In this document: positions 22,194 through 31,937 of the stretch, in pieces
How the letters are laid out: the number at the start of each line of letters is the position of its first letter
Position numbering within the stretch: position 1 is the first letter of the stretch
Origin: a virus
Taxonomy: Duplodnaviria; Caudoviricetes
Virus record (IMG/VR): IMGVR_UViG_3300020046_004224
Reading direction: 5' to 3' (one strand)
DNA: 64,000 nucleotides
Translations under genes and position numbers: made by a program
Notes under the pieces: generated by a model
Seen by the model: the letters and a program-made list of their open reading frames with translations, nothing else
What the model was told of the DNA's origin: nothing
The model's database searches: none

Positions 22194-22746
22194 AAGATAC
22201 TTTCTCAAATTTGAGAATTTTCCCATGTACATGTATGTGTACAAAAAAATTATAAAAAATTTTTTAAAAATCGATTTTAGTAAATGTCGAAAAGATTATT
22301 AGAAAAAGAATAACATGACTTTATCGGGTATATAAAAAATTTTAAATTATAGAAATTATAAGAAAGATATTAAGAGTCTGCATTTGCCGGAGGGCGGGTA
22401 TCCCTAAGCATATCCCCTATACCGAATTTTCTACGAGTCGTAATCATTTTTCCTATCTTTCCTAGTCCCACCACTCTCCCCGGTTAGGGAAACACCTATT
22501 GTTATAGCAGACTCTCGCCTAGCTATACACAGACTCTCATCTATGTCATAGGTGTCTCCCCTATCCCACACCACGGGAAAGGTATTATGTATCAGTAGGG
22601 AAGATGTGGAAGGATGGAATAGGTGCATCACCTATCAGACCCAGTATGTGCATCAGTGCATCACTAGGAGAATCATGGATGGTTGCATCAGCACGGAAGA
22701 TGAGCGTGAACATAAGAAAATTGATTTAGAAAGTTAGTAACCCATC

Positions 22747-22777
22747 GGAGGGCATAGAGTATTTCCCTATGCCCTCC
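22747..22777. terminator. 11-bp GC-rich hairpin just past the DUF932 stop
   Basis: GGAGGGCATAG / CTATGCCCTCC with 9-nt loop; no strong U-tract. Confidence 0.5.
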
Positions 22778-22789
22778 TTCATGGATCAC

Positions 22790-23968
22790 TTACTTGGAAG
22801 CCTTGGCAAGTTCCTTTTCACGGAAAAGTTTCTCACCTTGGAGCCGCGCACGTTCGAGGATTTCGGGACCGGAAATTAGGAAGTTGTAGAATTCTTCCTT
22901 AACTTCGGCAGCGGTGCCGTCGCGGGATTTCATCAGCTTTTCAGCCTTGGAAAGTTTCGCACCCGTTCCCATTCCCCAGGTGAAGCACTCAGTCATGCCG
23001 TTGAGCAGATCATAGTAATTTGCCCCACGGTTCCCCTGTCCGGTTTTGAAGAGGTTTCCGATTTCTTCCGCACGATTGAAAATCTGCGTAGAAAGTTCTT
23101 TAGGCTCTTCACCCTCTTTGCTGCCGCGATTGTTGAGGAATGCACTGGCAAGGTACCGGGCATCTTCGATGGAGCAGGAAACGGTGTCGAGGTAGCCTAG
23201 GGAATCGAAGTAAGATTCCCGCCCTGCCACAAGCTCAGAGAGATTCACAGAAACCCGATTAAGAGCTTCAAGTGCATTCTTAGAGTGATATACGACCATA
23301 TTAAGGTCGCCTTTGTTGCTGAGTGAGGCGCGGAGCGTGTTCATGCACACGATACGCGTACCGGAATCGTAGATGCGGAAGGCAATCGTACCATCGTGAG
23401 AGGTGACGACATCCCAGAATTGCAGGTACTTATCACCACGGGGGCCGGTGTACTCGGTCTTTCCATCCATGTCGAGACTAAGGAAAAACACCTTCCCGCC
23501 GCGCAAGGTGCCAGCAGTCGAGACGTTGCAGTTAGGGAAAACCCTGCCCACCACGTCGAAGGCTTGCTCATTCGTGATGATTTCATACGAATTTTTCGGA
23601 ATGCCGAGAGGGATGCGGGTTTCCTCGCCAGCTTCGACCAGATCAGGGCGGCAATCAGTCAGATCAGCCGTAACGCTTTGATGCGTGCCGATGAATGCCA
23701 GATTGCGGCTGTATTCCTGAAAGGCTTTCAGAATGCCTGCTTTCGTCGTTCCTGGCGTTGTCAGCAGGGTTTCGAGGCTCGCAATGCTTTCCTGCATTGC
23801 AGATTCCCCGTGCCAGTTCACAACCTGACTTTTGCCGATAGGGAAGAAAAGACCTTTCTGGCGGATGGTTTCCTTGTCGATGGTTTCCAGATGCTCGGCG
23901 AGGCCGTGCCATTCGGTACCGCGAGTGCTGAGAACTTTGTCGATTGGTTTTTCGATTTCGTGTGACAT
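22790..23968 (-). CDS. DUF932 family phage/plasmid protein
   Basis: MSHEI...WHGL start, Y..ITNEQAF, TAGTLRGGKVFF, SHDGT and RIVCMNTL motifs; visibly GC-richer than its neighbours. Confidence 0.85.
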   Translation of the reverse strand: MSHEIEKPIDKVLSTRGTEWHGLAEHLETIDKETIRQKGLFFPIGKSQVVNWHGESAMQESIASLETLLTTPGTTKAGILKAFQEYSRNLAFIGTHQSVTADLTDCRPDLVEAGEETRIPLGIPKNSYEIITNEQAFDVVGRVFPNCNVSTAGTLRGGKVFFLSLDMDGKTEYTGPRGDKYLQFWDVVTSHDGTIAFRIYDSGTRIVCMNTLRASLSNKGDLNMVVYHSKNALEALNRVSVNLSELVAGRESYFDSLGYLDTVSCSIEDARYLASAFLNNRGSKEGEEPKELSTQIFNRAEEIGNLFKTGQGNRGANYYDLLNGMTECFTWGMGTGAKLSKAEKLMKSRDGTAAEVKEEFYNFLISGPEILERARLQGEKLFREKELAKASK

Positions 23969-24214
23969 AACTTTGTATTTTCTATTTTTTGGTGTGGATT
24001 ACTCTGCATTTTAACAGGCTTGTAACTGTCTCAGAATGAGGCTGCATTAATCTTTTACGATCCCGTAAATTAGGAGAGGGGCCGGACTTCCTCCATTACG
24101 ACCTTTTGAAGCTAATTCTGGTCAGCTTCGCACTGGCACCAATGCAGACTTTGCAAGCCATAGAGTGAAGCGGTTTCACTGCATCCGTTAGGGGCGATCC
24201 CTTTCGGTATGAGC

Positions 24215-24242
24215 ATCTTACTTTATAGATTTCATTATGCAA
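24215..24242 (-). promoter_or_regulatory. Sigma70-like promoter TTGCAT-N16-TAAGAT for DUF932, giving a long leader
   Basis: Hexamers read directly; T-tract upstream. Confidence 0.6.
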
Positions 24243-24854
24243 GCTCTTTTTTATCTTTTCAGTTCATTTTCTTTTTTGCCCGTTTAAAGGCGTTTTAAGC
24301 GGTCTTTAGTGCTTCCGGGTATTCCGCGACACTCAGGACCGGCAAAAGCGTCTAAAACGTGCCCTTCTGCTCGCTGTGCGTCTCTGTGCAGGATATGCGC
24401 AGTACCTAGTCGGATAGATGCAGCTTGATTCTTTTTCGATTCATTTCATTTTATCGCTTGCATCTCTGCCATGATAGTTTATAGATCAGTCCCGCCCGAT
24501 TATTGTGTGTCACTGGTAACGTTTTCGGACGGGGATGCCGAGATAGATTCAGTTTGAATCTTTTTCTAATTCAGTCGATAAACGTTCGCAGTGTGATTTG
24601 GAACCTTGCGCAAGGTCGGGACAGTTTGAAATCTTTTATTTGACAAGTCGGGGATTCTCTCCACTGTGTCTCTACCGAAGGACGGGCATCGAAAGCCACT
24701 CCCAGCCGACTAATTCTAAGGGAACCTGGACACGATTTCTTAGGCATTTTACCTAAGAACCTAAGCACATTTCCTAAGAACGCTTAGGTAGATTCCCTTA
24801 GAATTTATCCTCTACAGATTGGCTACTGCTGGCTTCTTTTCACTTTAACGATTT

Positions 24855-24891
24855 AACCCGGTTTGTCAAATCCTTTTTGACAAACCGGGTT
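24855..24891. repeat. Perfect 16-bp inverted repeat overlapping a minus-strand promoter (TTGACA-N16-TAAAGT, 24842-24869)
   Basis: AACCCGGTTTGTCAAA-TCCTT-TTTGACAAACCGGGTT. Confidence 0.75.
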
Positions 24892-24909
24892 TTCTTTCTG
24901 TTTGTGTTT

Positions 24910-25170
24910 TTATGCATTCACCATCCGGTGAGCACGTCCCAGCTTATCCCAGGTAATTTGAAATTTCTGTTTCTTTTTTGCCAAGGTGAGACAAATCTTT
25001 TTCAATTCGCCGTTATCTTGGAAACCTTCATCAAGGAGCAGTTTCCGAAACTCAAGACCGAGTTCGTAGATGGTCGCGTCCTTTCGCTGAGTGAAGGCGG
25101 TGCGATCACTGGTGTAAAACGTTGGTACTGCACGCAGCACCGGGAGTGTGGTTTGGGTTTTGTCTGGCAT
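24910..25170 (-). CDS. Small early hypothetical protein
   Basis: MPDKTQ start 8 nt after promoter TTGACA-N16-TAAACT (25179-25206). Confidence 0.6.
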   Translation of the reverse strand: MPDKTQTTLPVLRAVPTFYTSDRTAFTQRKDATIYELGLEFRKLLLDEGFQDNGELKKICLTLAKKKQKFQITWDKLGRAHRMVNA

Positions 25171-25317
25171 AGGAGTAGAGTTTACAGAAAAAAAAAGAAT
25201 TGTCAACACCGAAAAAAAAAGAAAAAAAAAGAATCGAAAGAAAAAAATGTTTAATTGAAAAAAATCTCCCAGAGGATAAAGAAGATAATAATGAGGACGA
25301 AGACTTCCATAAAAAAA

Positions 25318-25626
25318 CTATTTGGTCAGTCTGGCAATCTCATGGTCAAGAAAACTCAAACGGATTTCTCGACGATCACGATCATATGTAGCATTGAACA
25401 GTGTCGAATATTTGCTCTCGGATAGATCAAGTTCACCAGCATTAGTTTTCAGATAGTTTTTTGCAACCTTGCGGATGTGGCGGCGATAGTAGGGATCGTC
25501 CCAGAGTGCTTCAAACTCTTTACACACGACGCAAAAAAACGTATATAGAGGTTGTTCAACGAACTTCTCTTTGAGTTTCAAAAGAAATTCTTTCGTCCAA
25601 ATCTTTTTGAATGGAGTCTTTTTCAT
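25318..25626 (-). CDS. Hypothetical protein, paralog of 29948-30244
   Basis: Shared MK.T.FK..WTK start and R.EIRL.FLDHEI.RL end. Confidence 0.7.
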   Translation of the reverse strand: MKKTPFKKIWTKEFLLKLKEKFVEQPLYTFFCVVCKEFEALWDDPYYRRHIRKVAKNYLKTNAGELDLSESKYSTLFNATYDRDRREIRLSFLDHEIARLTK

Positions 25627-25638
25627 GTGTTTATGTTG

Positions 25639-26040
25639 TTAACGGATTCTGTAAACTGATTGCACACGATGCATCCTTCCAGAGGTCCAGTCAAGTGCTT
25701 TTCCATCTTTCATCGTCAAAACGTGTCCAGAAGTGATGACCAGATAGGTTTCCTTCAATCCGGCATTTTCGATATTGCTAACGGTCTTGCCGTAATTCCG
25801 TTTGAAAATTTCTGTGACATCCTGATAGGTCTTTCCGGCATCTTTCACGGCAGAAAGAATTTCATGTGTCAACATTCCTCTTCCTGCTTTCCGACCCTTC
25901 TTACGAAGAATTTCATGTGCATCTTTATAGGACAGATCGCACGATGCAGCAAGGGCAATAACAGAACAATCGTTCTTTTCTCCCCTTGCACGGGATTCGG
26001 CTTTTAGCAATTGAAAAGTCATATTCCAGTTTTCTTCCAA
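25639..26040 (-). CDS. Conserved phage protein with NDCSV/GH motifs (possible papain-like fold)
   Basis: NDCSVIALA...Y..AH..L...GRK..RG and SGHV..MKDG motifs. Confidence 0.55.
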   Translation of the reverse strand: MEENWNMTFQLLKAESRARGEKNDCSVIALAASCDLSYKDAHEILRKKGRKAGRGMLTHEILSAVKDAGKTYQDVTEIFKRNYGKTVSNIENAGLKETYLVITSGHVLTMKDGKALDWTSGRMHRVQSVYRIR

Positions 26041-26189
26041 AAAGATGTTTAAATATGGATTAACAGATTTTTTCTTTGGGGGAGGGTTTCAAACCTTTAC
26101 TAAGATTGTTGAATACTTATTCGAGTTTTTTCAACATGTCAAGTAACTTTCTTCAACTATTTTCAAATTGAAAGAAAAAGATTTGAAAT

Positions 26190-26265
26190 TGGTGCTTCCG
26201 GCAGGACTTGAACCTGCACTCAACGAATTATGAGTTCGCTGCTTTAACCATTAAGCTACAGAAGC
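26190..26265 (-). tRNA. tRNA with CAT anticodon (elongator Met or Ile2)
   Basis: Cloverleaf GCTTCTG...GCGAA-CTCATAA-TTCGT...GGTTCAAGTCC...GGAAGCACCA; encoded CCA. Confidence 0.92.
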
Positions 26266-26285
26266 ATTTTATCTGAAATTGTTTT

Positions 26286-26362
26286 TGGTGATTCAGGTTG
26301 GACTCGAACCAACGACCTAAAGATTAGAAATCTTTTGCTCTATTCCACTGAGCTACAGAACC
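26286..26362 (-). tRNA. tRNA-Arg(TCT)
   Basis: AAAGA-TTTCTAA-TCTTT anticodon arm, GGTTCGAGTCC T arm, CCA end. Confidence 0.92.
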
Positions 26363-26372
26363 ATGTGTTTGA

Positions 26373-26660
26373 TTACTTATCGGCCAAAAGAATCTTTGCA
26401 CGAAGATTTGCCTTCCGGCGGAAACGGCGTTTGGTTTTTTCCGAGGCACCTGTGCATGTGGCATCGAACACCGCCACGGCGGCATCCAATTTTTCGATGG
26501 TGTCCATGTGGGCAAGGGTTTCGATCATTCCGAGGCGGGGCGTGCGTGTCATATCAATGGAGTCAATGAGGTTTGTTGTTTGATGTCGTTTGTGACAACC
26601 CTGAACAATAGCAGCGTCACTGGCTTTGTGCAAGCACTGTTTCACATTTCTTTTCATCAT
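26373..26660 (-). CDS. Hypothetical protein
   Basis: 95 aa ORF ending just upstream of the tRNA pair. Confidence 0.5.
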   Translation of the reverse strand: MMKRNVKQCLHKASDAAIVQGCHKRHQTTNLIDSIDMTRTPRLGMIETLAHMDTIEKLDAAVAVFDATCTGASEKTKRRFRRKANLRAKILLADK

Positions 26661-27120
26661 TCAAAATGTAAACACAAAAACCGATATGAAAATATCGGGG
26701 ATCATCTTTAAACTGAACTGTCTTGATTTTCATTCTTTTCTGAATACAACTTTTATTCTTTTATATGTGTTTTGTTTATCACAGAGGATTCCAATACCTG
26801 AATCACTACTTTTACGTCGGGCACTTGCGACGATCATTTTTTAAAATGGATATATTCCTCGTTCTTCCCCTATTCTTCATCTAATATTCTTCAATTCGTT
26901 TTGTCCTTCAAATTCTTTTCTATTTCATCTGTTTTAGAGGCACTCTATTCGTCTCTGTATCGGTCCCATGACAGGGATACTCGGAATAGCCAATGCTTTT
27001 GAAATGTATTAAATCTGACTGACTATTCTACTTATGCAAAAACCCGTTTATTTCTAAACAGGAAAATGATCAAAAAGGTTCAAATCTTTCAGTTTCAAAA
27101 GATCACCTAATACGAGCAAT

Positions 27121-27148
27121 AAAAAAACACGGGAATTGTTCCGTGTTT
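27121..27148 (-). terminator. Intrinsic terminator
   Basis: AAACACGG/CCGTGTTT hairpin followed by a T-run on the minus strand. Confidence 0.6.
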
Positions 27149-27337
27149 GACGAATTGTTGGAAATATTGAACGGTTATCTATCTAATAATATAATAGATT
27201 GTAGAAAGCTATAGAGGCTGCAAACTTTTCAATTTGTTCTCAGAGGATTCCAAACGGCTAGCAAAAGACTTCAGATTATTAGTTTGAACATTGCAATGCT
27301 TTCCTGTCTTTTAACAGGCGTCTGGGAAAGGGTAACA

Positions 27338-27541
27338 TACTCAGAATCAAGGAGTTGTCAAGTTCTTTTAATCCGAAATCGGTTCATATTTCAGATCAAA
27401 GATTTTTTGGATTTCTCCGATTTTTCCGACTGGTTGAAGATGGCCGATTAATCTTTTGAGTTCTTTATATCGGCGAATCAGAGAGAAATAGAAAGATAGT
27501 GTTTTCATGATGTTACTCAGAATCAAGGAGAGTTGTCAAGT
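27338..27541. repeat. Duplicated promoter segment
   Basis: TACTCAGAATCAAGGAG(AG)TTGTCAAGT at 27338-27363 and 27514-27541; both copies contain minus-strand TTGACA. Confidence 0.7.
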
Positions 27542-27933
27542 AGTTCCAGATCAATCCGATGATTAGGAAAAGAATCAAAACCAAAAGATTGTGGACATAT
27601 TTCATTTCAAAGAGATTTTATGAGGGAAGATCGCGCTTAGATTGAATGTATGATTAAACACACTTGGATTTTCTTTTGCGACCTTGATTTCAGACTCGGA
27701 AGGAGCAAAGAGGTATCCATTATTCGTGGATTTGATCTTTTCGGTGAGTTCTGTGATAGTCGGGGGCATACAGGGAATATGGCGAGAATTGAGGGGAAGT
27801 CAAGAGATTGTTGGAGATTTCGAGAGTTGGGAAAATTTGAAATGTAGAGAAAATGTCCCTGCGAAGGGAAAAATTGTTGAAGGGCTGATCTTATGACGCA
27901 TACAAAAATCAGCCTTTATTTATAAGTATATAG

Positions 27934-28566
27934 ATGTGTGATAGACAATGTAAAAAGTGTGGAAATGTAAAACTACTCGATCAGTATCGAATTCAAAAAT
28001 CAAATCGTGATGGTTATTCTTTAGTGTGTCGAACCTGTAATAACAAAGCATCTAAAAAACTAGAAAATGAAAAGAAAAAATATGCTTCTATCGTATTCCA
28101 GCAAGAGCGTCTAAATGGTCTAAACCGAAAACAATTCAGTTCCAAAGATGCATATACAGAATATAAAAACGATATTAGAAAGAAAGCAGTCGAAGAATTC
28201 ACCAAGAAACGAGAAAGAAAAGATGTCAAAAAGACTATGCAGTGGAGACGTGCAACAAGTCTCCGAACACAGCTCAGGAGTCTTATTAGAAACCTAAACC
28301 CATCAAAAAGAATAATTGATATTGTTGGATGTGATCATATGAGTTTAAAACAACATATCGAATCGAAATTTAAACAAAATATGAATTGGGATAATTACGG
28401 AAAACATGGATGGCACATTGATCATATCTTACCATGCAGGTCTTTTGATTTAACATTAGAATCCGAAATTAGAAAATGTTTTCATTTCTCTAATTTACAA
28501 CCTTTATGGGCATCAGAAAATTGGTCTAAAGGATTCTCAATCGTTCCACCGTTAAAAGATGAATGA
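27934..28566 (+). CDS. Free-standing HNH endonuclease
   Basis: N-terminal CxxC pairs; WHIDHILP...NLQPLWASENWSKG; antisense to neighbours; own TAAGTA motif. Confidence 0.8.
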   Translation: MCDRQCKKCGNVKLLDQYRIQKSNRDGYSLVCRTCNNKASKKLENEKKKYASIVFQQERLNGLNRKQFSSKDAYTEYKNDIRKKAVEEFTKKRERKDVKKTMQWRRATSLRTQLRSLIRNLNPSKRIIDIVGCDHMSLKQHIESKFKQNMNWDNYGKHGWHIDHILPCRSFDLTLESEIRKCFHFSNLQPLWASENWSKGFSIVPPLKDE

Positions 28567-28569
28567 TCT

Positions 28570-28962
28570 TTAATAAAAACGTGCAAATGGTTGAATCTCA
28601 CGGACCTTTGCCTTTGCATCACTTCGAGACTCTGCACGAATAAAGATTTGAATAAATTCCGGTTCAACGTCTGAGGGTTCGGAATCAGGGAATCCCCATG
28701 CACAGTACAAAGGTGTTCCGATTCCCCAGTATGCACCCCATCTATCATATGCACCACCATCAACCATTGGCACAAGTTGAAGCTGTAATTTACAATGGAT
28801 TTCGGGATAGCTTGCAACGAAGTTGGGGCGGCCCATTTGTGCTCCACGCCTGCTGCATCCATTAGGAAGTTTTAGTTTCTTTTTCATTTCAGAAGAATTT
28901 GAAATTAATTTAACGGTACGATTCGTGAGCAGATATATGTCCACACATCCCCGTTCAACCAT
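28570..28962 (-). CDS. Conserved phage hypothetical protein
   Basis: GAQMGR and DGGAYD..GAYWG.G..LY motifs; true start probably MKKKLK. Confidence 0.6.
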   Translation of the reverse strand: MVERGCVDIYLLTNRTVKLISNSSEMKKKLKLPNGCSRRGAQMGRPNFVASYPEIHCKLQLQLVPMVDGGAYDRWGAYWGIGTPLYCAWGFPDSEPSDVEPEFIQIFIRAESRSDAKAKVREIQPFARFY

Positions 28963-29150
28963 ACAAGATCATGGTATTTGCCGTTAACAGATACGGCAAG
29001 GCGTGCATTTGGATTACGAGACTGCCAACGAGTTTGTGTGATAGCAGTTTTTGATATTTTATTTGATTCTGGAATTTGAATGTTCTGAGGCTTGAACAAC
29101 TCCATTGCATCCTCTTTTGAAATTTCAAGATGAGTTTTTGTTGCATCCAT
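28905..29150 (-). CDS. Hypothetical protein
   Basis: 81 aa ORF in the minus-strand run. Confidence 0.5.
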   Translation of the reverse strand: MDATKTHLEISKEDAMELFKPQNIQIPESNKISKTAITQTRWQSRNPNARLAVSVNGKYHDLVWLNGDVWTYICSRIVPLN

Positions 29151-29164
29151 GATTTAAAATCTGT

Positions 29165-29473
29165 TTAACTGTTTTGTGTTTTCTTCCATTCCAAAAGCCA
29201 ATTGATAAGTTTATCGGCATCTTGTACGGTCTTTGGAATCATCTTATCGCCATGCTCCAAGCCTCCTGTGATTCTCAGCTTGTCGGAATCTTTTCGTTTA
29301 CCGTAAATCGCTAAACTGGATGTTCTACCCGTTGAAGGCTCTACCAGATCAATAAAATCTAATGGTTGACTCATAGGAATTTTCGTGAAAGATAAAATCC
29401 AATTGCAAAAAGGATAATGTGAATGGGGAGATTTTGCCACACAACGGCAAAATAGTATTTGAGAAGTTTCCAA
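29165..29473 (-). CDS. Hypothetical protein
   Basis: ORF in run; true start likely internal MSQP. Confidence 0.5.
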   Translation of the reverse strand: METSQILFCRCVAKSPHSHYPFCNWILSFTKIPMSQPLDFIDLVEPSTGRTSSLAIYGKRKDSDKLRITGGLEHGDKMIPKTVQDADKLINWLLEWKKTQNS

Positions 29474-29691
29474 GGTGAGAGGGGCATATTCTTATTCAGT
29501 TGAAATTATCTGATTGTGAAATCATTGCACCTGTTCGCATGTCGAGAATCTTGTATTTGTGTAGATTTCCTACAATCTCTTTCAAAACTTTCCAATCATC
29601 ATCAGTAAAGTGTTGAATAGGAGTTTCGCTGAAAATGAGAAGAATGTAGTTTTTCATATGAGACTGTAATGTGTCGAGGGTTTGAGGCTTG

Positions 29692-29907
29692 TCAATCTTT
29701 GTTTGGGGACTTATAGCAAAGAATTCGCCAAGGGGAAGGTTTATGGCATTTCACAGTACGGAAGCGAGTTGCCCCTTTTTCTTTCAATTCCTTTTTTACT
29801 TCGGGAAGGGTTTGATCAGTCAAGCCGTACACCCCATGAGTTTGGACAGGATCAAACAGCTTTTGCTGATAGATGGCATGTGCAGGTCTATAGGTGAGAT
29901 CAATCAT
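29692..29907 (-). CDS. Hypothetical protein
   Basis: ATG 5 nt after TTGACA-N16-CATGTT. Confidence 0.55.
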   Translation of the reverse strand: MIDLTYRPAHAIYQQKLFDPVQTHGVYGLTDQTLPEVKKELKEKGATRFRTVKCHKPSPWRILCYKSPNKD

Positions 29908-29947
29908 GTATTAACATGGAGAGGGATTGAGGACTGTCAACAGATTA

Positions 29948-30244
29948 TTATCTTTCACTCAGACGTTTGATTTCATGATCGAGAAATTCCAAACGGATTT
30001 CTTTGCGTCTCCTTCGATATGAGTCTCCGAATAAAAGACCATCAGCTCCAACCCCGTCATCTCCCATAGGGATTACAAATTCCTTTGCAAGTCGAATAAT
30101 CTCGACACGGTGCCCACTGTTCCACAGATCGGAAAATTCAAGGCTTGCATTACATATAAAACCACTATAATGCAAAACAAATTCTTTGCGAATTCTTTTC
30201 AGACTTGTTTTTGTCCAGAGACGTTTGAAAGATGTGTTTTTCAT
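29948..30244 (-). CDS. Hypothetical protein, paralog of 25318-25626
   Basis: Shared terminal motifs. Confidence 0.7.
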   Translation of the reverse strand: MKNTSFKRLWTKTSLKRIRKEFVLHYSGFICNASLEFSDLWNSGHRVEIIRLAKEFVIPMGDDGVGADGLLFGDSYRRRRKEIRLEFLDHEIKRLSER

Positions 30245-30432
30245 CAGTTTTGGGATTTGTTAAGAGATGCAATAATAAGTTTAACGCCACAAGTATTCAG
30301 ATGGAAAACAAGTGTCGGACTTCCGTCGATTGCAGTTGGACACCAATCCGATTCGATATTTGCACGAAAAGCCTTTGTTTCTTTTTCGAGTGCATCCAGT
30401 GCCTCAAGCATTTTTTGTTTGTCCATACACAT
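30244..30432 (-). CDS. Hypothetical protein
   Basis: Stop overlaps the next start. Confidence 0.5.
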   Translation of the reverse strand: MCMDKQKMLEALDALEKETKAFRANIESDWCPTAIDGSPTLVFHLNTCGVKLIIASLNKSQN

Positions 30433-30456
30433 CTATAAGTGATAATTGCCTACCTG

Positions 30457-30678
30457 TCAAGAATAAATGAGCTTTTCAAGTTCTCGATTCTTTTGATATG
30501 AACCACGGCCATGAAACGGTGTAATTGTAAATTCTACTCCCCAAAAGTTGCACAAAACATCTCGTTTGGAAAAGATTGCACCAATTTCATTCAGTTTCTT
30601 TTCGAGATAGCCGGAGGATGAGTACCAAGTGACAATGTAAGGCTTTTTCATTTGATTTTTTGGATTCAGCTTATTCAT
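30457..30678 (-). CDS. Hypothetical protein
   Basis: ORF in tightly packed run. Confidence 0.5.
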   Translation of the reverse strand: MNKLNPKNQMKKPYIVTWYSSSGYLEKKLNEIGAIFSKRDVLCNFWGVEFTITPFHGRGSYQKNRELEKLIYS

Positions 30679-30692
30679 ATAGTTGTTTCGAT

Positions 30693-30920
30693 TTAATTGA
30701 TACCTATGAGAAGTTTTTCAAGTGCATTTAACTTATTTCGGGCAAGTTGTGTATCCTTGTCAATGTCAACAATGCATTCCGCTGTTCTATGATATTGTTT
30801 ACTTGGTGAGGTGTTATAGAAATTGTCCCGTTCCTGTTCATCCCAAAATGCATGTGCTATGGTAGCTTTTGCCATTCCATCACAACCTTCATCAACAATA
30901 AGAAATGCAATCTTTTTCAT
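30693..30920 (-). CDS. Hypothetical protein
   Basis: ORF in tightly packed run. Confidence 0.55.
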   Translation of the reverse strand: MKKIAFLIVDEGCDGMAKATIAHAFWDEQERDNFYNTSPSKQYHRTAECIVDIDKDTQLARNKLNALEKLLIGIN

Positions 30921-30929
30921 ATTTTTCGT

Positions 30930-31127
30930 TTAAACGATTTCGTCACTATCAAACCAGAAAGAAGGCTGAACCTCGCCAAGTTTTACCAATGAATATGTGT
31001 ATTCCTTTTTTGATTCGTCATCGGGATAGTGTGTGCAGATTGCATCAACCAGAAATGGGCCAAAATACTCTCCACCTTCAAAGCGAATTTCGAGTTTTGT
31101 AGAGAGTGGAAGGTAAAGAGGTTTCAT
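30930..31127 (-). CDS. Hypothetical protein
   Basis: ORF in tightly packed run. Confidence 0.5.
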   Translation of the reverse strand: MKPLYLPLSTKLEIRFEGGEYFGPFLVDAICTHYPDDESKKEYTYSLVKLGEVQPSFWFDSDEIV

Positions 31128-31573
31128 TATGGTCTATTAACTTCGATAAGGTACCCGATCTTTGATAGATTGCAAGCAGTACCGCCACAATCTTGCACAT
31201 ATTCTACTTGCTGATATGTGCGGGCATAGTCACCCGCAAAACACCGAATGACAATTTCATTCAAAGAGTATGCATTGTGATGAGTGGCAACCAATGATGA
31301 TGCTGCATCTTTCTCATTTTTCGTATAGAATAATGCATGGGCATCAATAGTCGGAATCCAAACGATCTCAAAGGTGCCAGCCTTTCCAACTTTCGGTTTC
31401 AGAATTTCGGGCGAACTGTTCGCCAACAGAGAATTAGCAGGAATGATGTTCATAATTTTGAAAGGTATAATTGTAAGATCAATCATTCCACGGAAATTTT
31501 GTTTCAAGCCATTGCTGATAATGGGAACGCATTTCGGAAGTAGCGAAATATTCAATTGGTTTATTTTCCACAA
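31127..31573 (-). CDS. Hypothetical protein
   Basis: ORF in run; true start likely MNIIP. Confidence 0.5.
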   Translation of the reverse strand: MWKINQLNISLLPKCVPIISNGLKQNFRGMIDLTIIPFKIMNIIPANSLLANSSPEILKPKVGKAGTFEIVWIPTIDAHALFYTKNEKDAASSLVATHHNAYSLNEIVIRCFAGDYARTYQQVEYVQDCGGTACNLSKIGYLIEVNRP

Positions 31574-31889
31574 ACCATTCCGTCAAATCTCGAATCACTT
31601 TCTTTTCTGCACGCAGCAAAGTTTTCGTTTTGACTGATTCTTTTCGTAAAAGGTTTGAAGATGTGTATCGACAAAATGATGCATATGGATGATTTGCAAC
31701 CCATATTTCTTGATCGTTTATTTTAATAGAAAATTGACTGAATGATGTACCAAAAAACTCTGGAACGAATTTATGATTATCCATCAAATAATTCAATTCT
31801 GTATCCCATACTAGATTAATTGGATGCTGTCTAGTATTAATTAAACGTCTATAGAGTGTCATAATTGGAAAGAGTTTATACGAAACCAT
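31479..31889 (-). CDS. Hypothetical protein
   Basis: 136 aa; IWVANHPYA motif. Confidence 0.55.
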   Translation of the reverse strand: MVSYKLFPIMTLYRRLINTRQHPINLVWDTELNYLMDNHKFVPEFFGTSFSQFSIKINDQEIWVANHPYASFCRYTSSNLLRKESVKTKTLLRAEKKVIRDLTEWFVENKPIEYFATSEMRSHYQQWLETKFPWND

Positions 31890-31937
31890 ATCATATGACG
31901 CATATGATGCAACAAGTTTTTGTATTTATTTTAAAAA

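Noticed and set aside
22619-22690. GCATC-loop hairpin as a third retron ncRNA copy
   Set aside because: Shares only the 5-nt loop; lacks the AUA bulge, outer stem and terminal repeats; GCATC is common throughout the window
23396-23965. 189-aa plus-strand ORF and other shadow ORFs over DUF932
   Set aside because: Antisense or alternative frames of a GC-rich real gene, with no recognisable motifs
24877-25391. Plus-strand Lys-rich ORFs
   Set aside because: They arise from poly-A tracts better explained as UP-element/T-tract DNA of the minus-strand promoter at 25179-25206
26850-27110. Possible decayed third copy of the FLDHEI paralog family
   Set aside because: Only short fragments (LLKLK, GFCIS) interrupted by stops; too weak to call without an alignment
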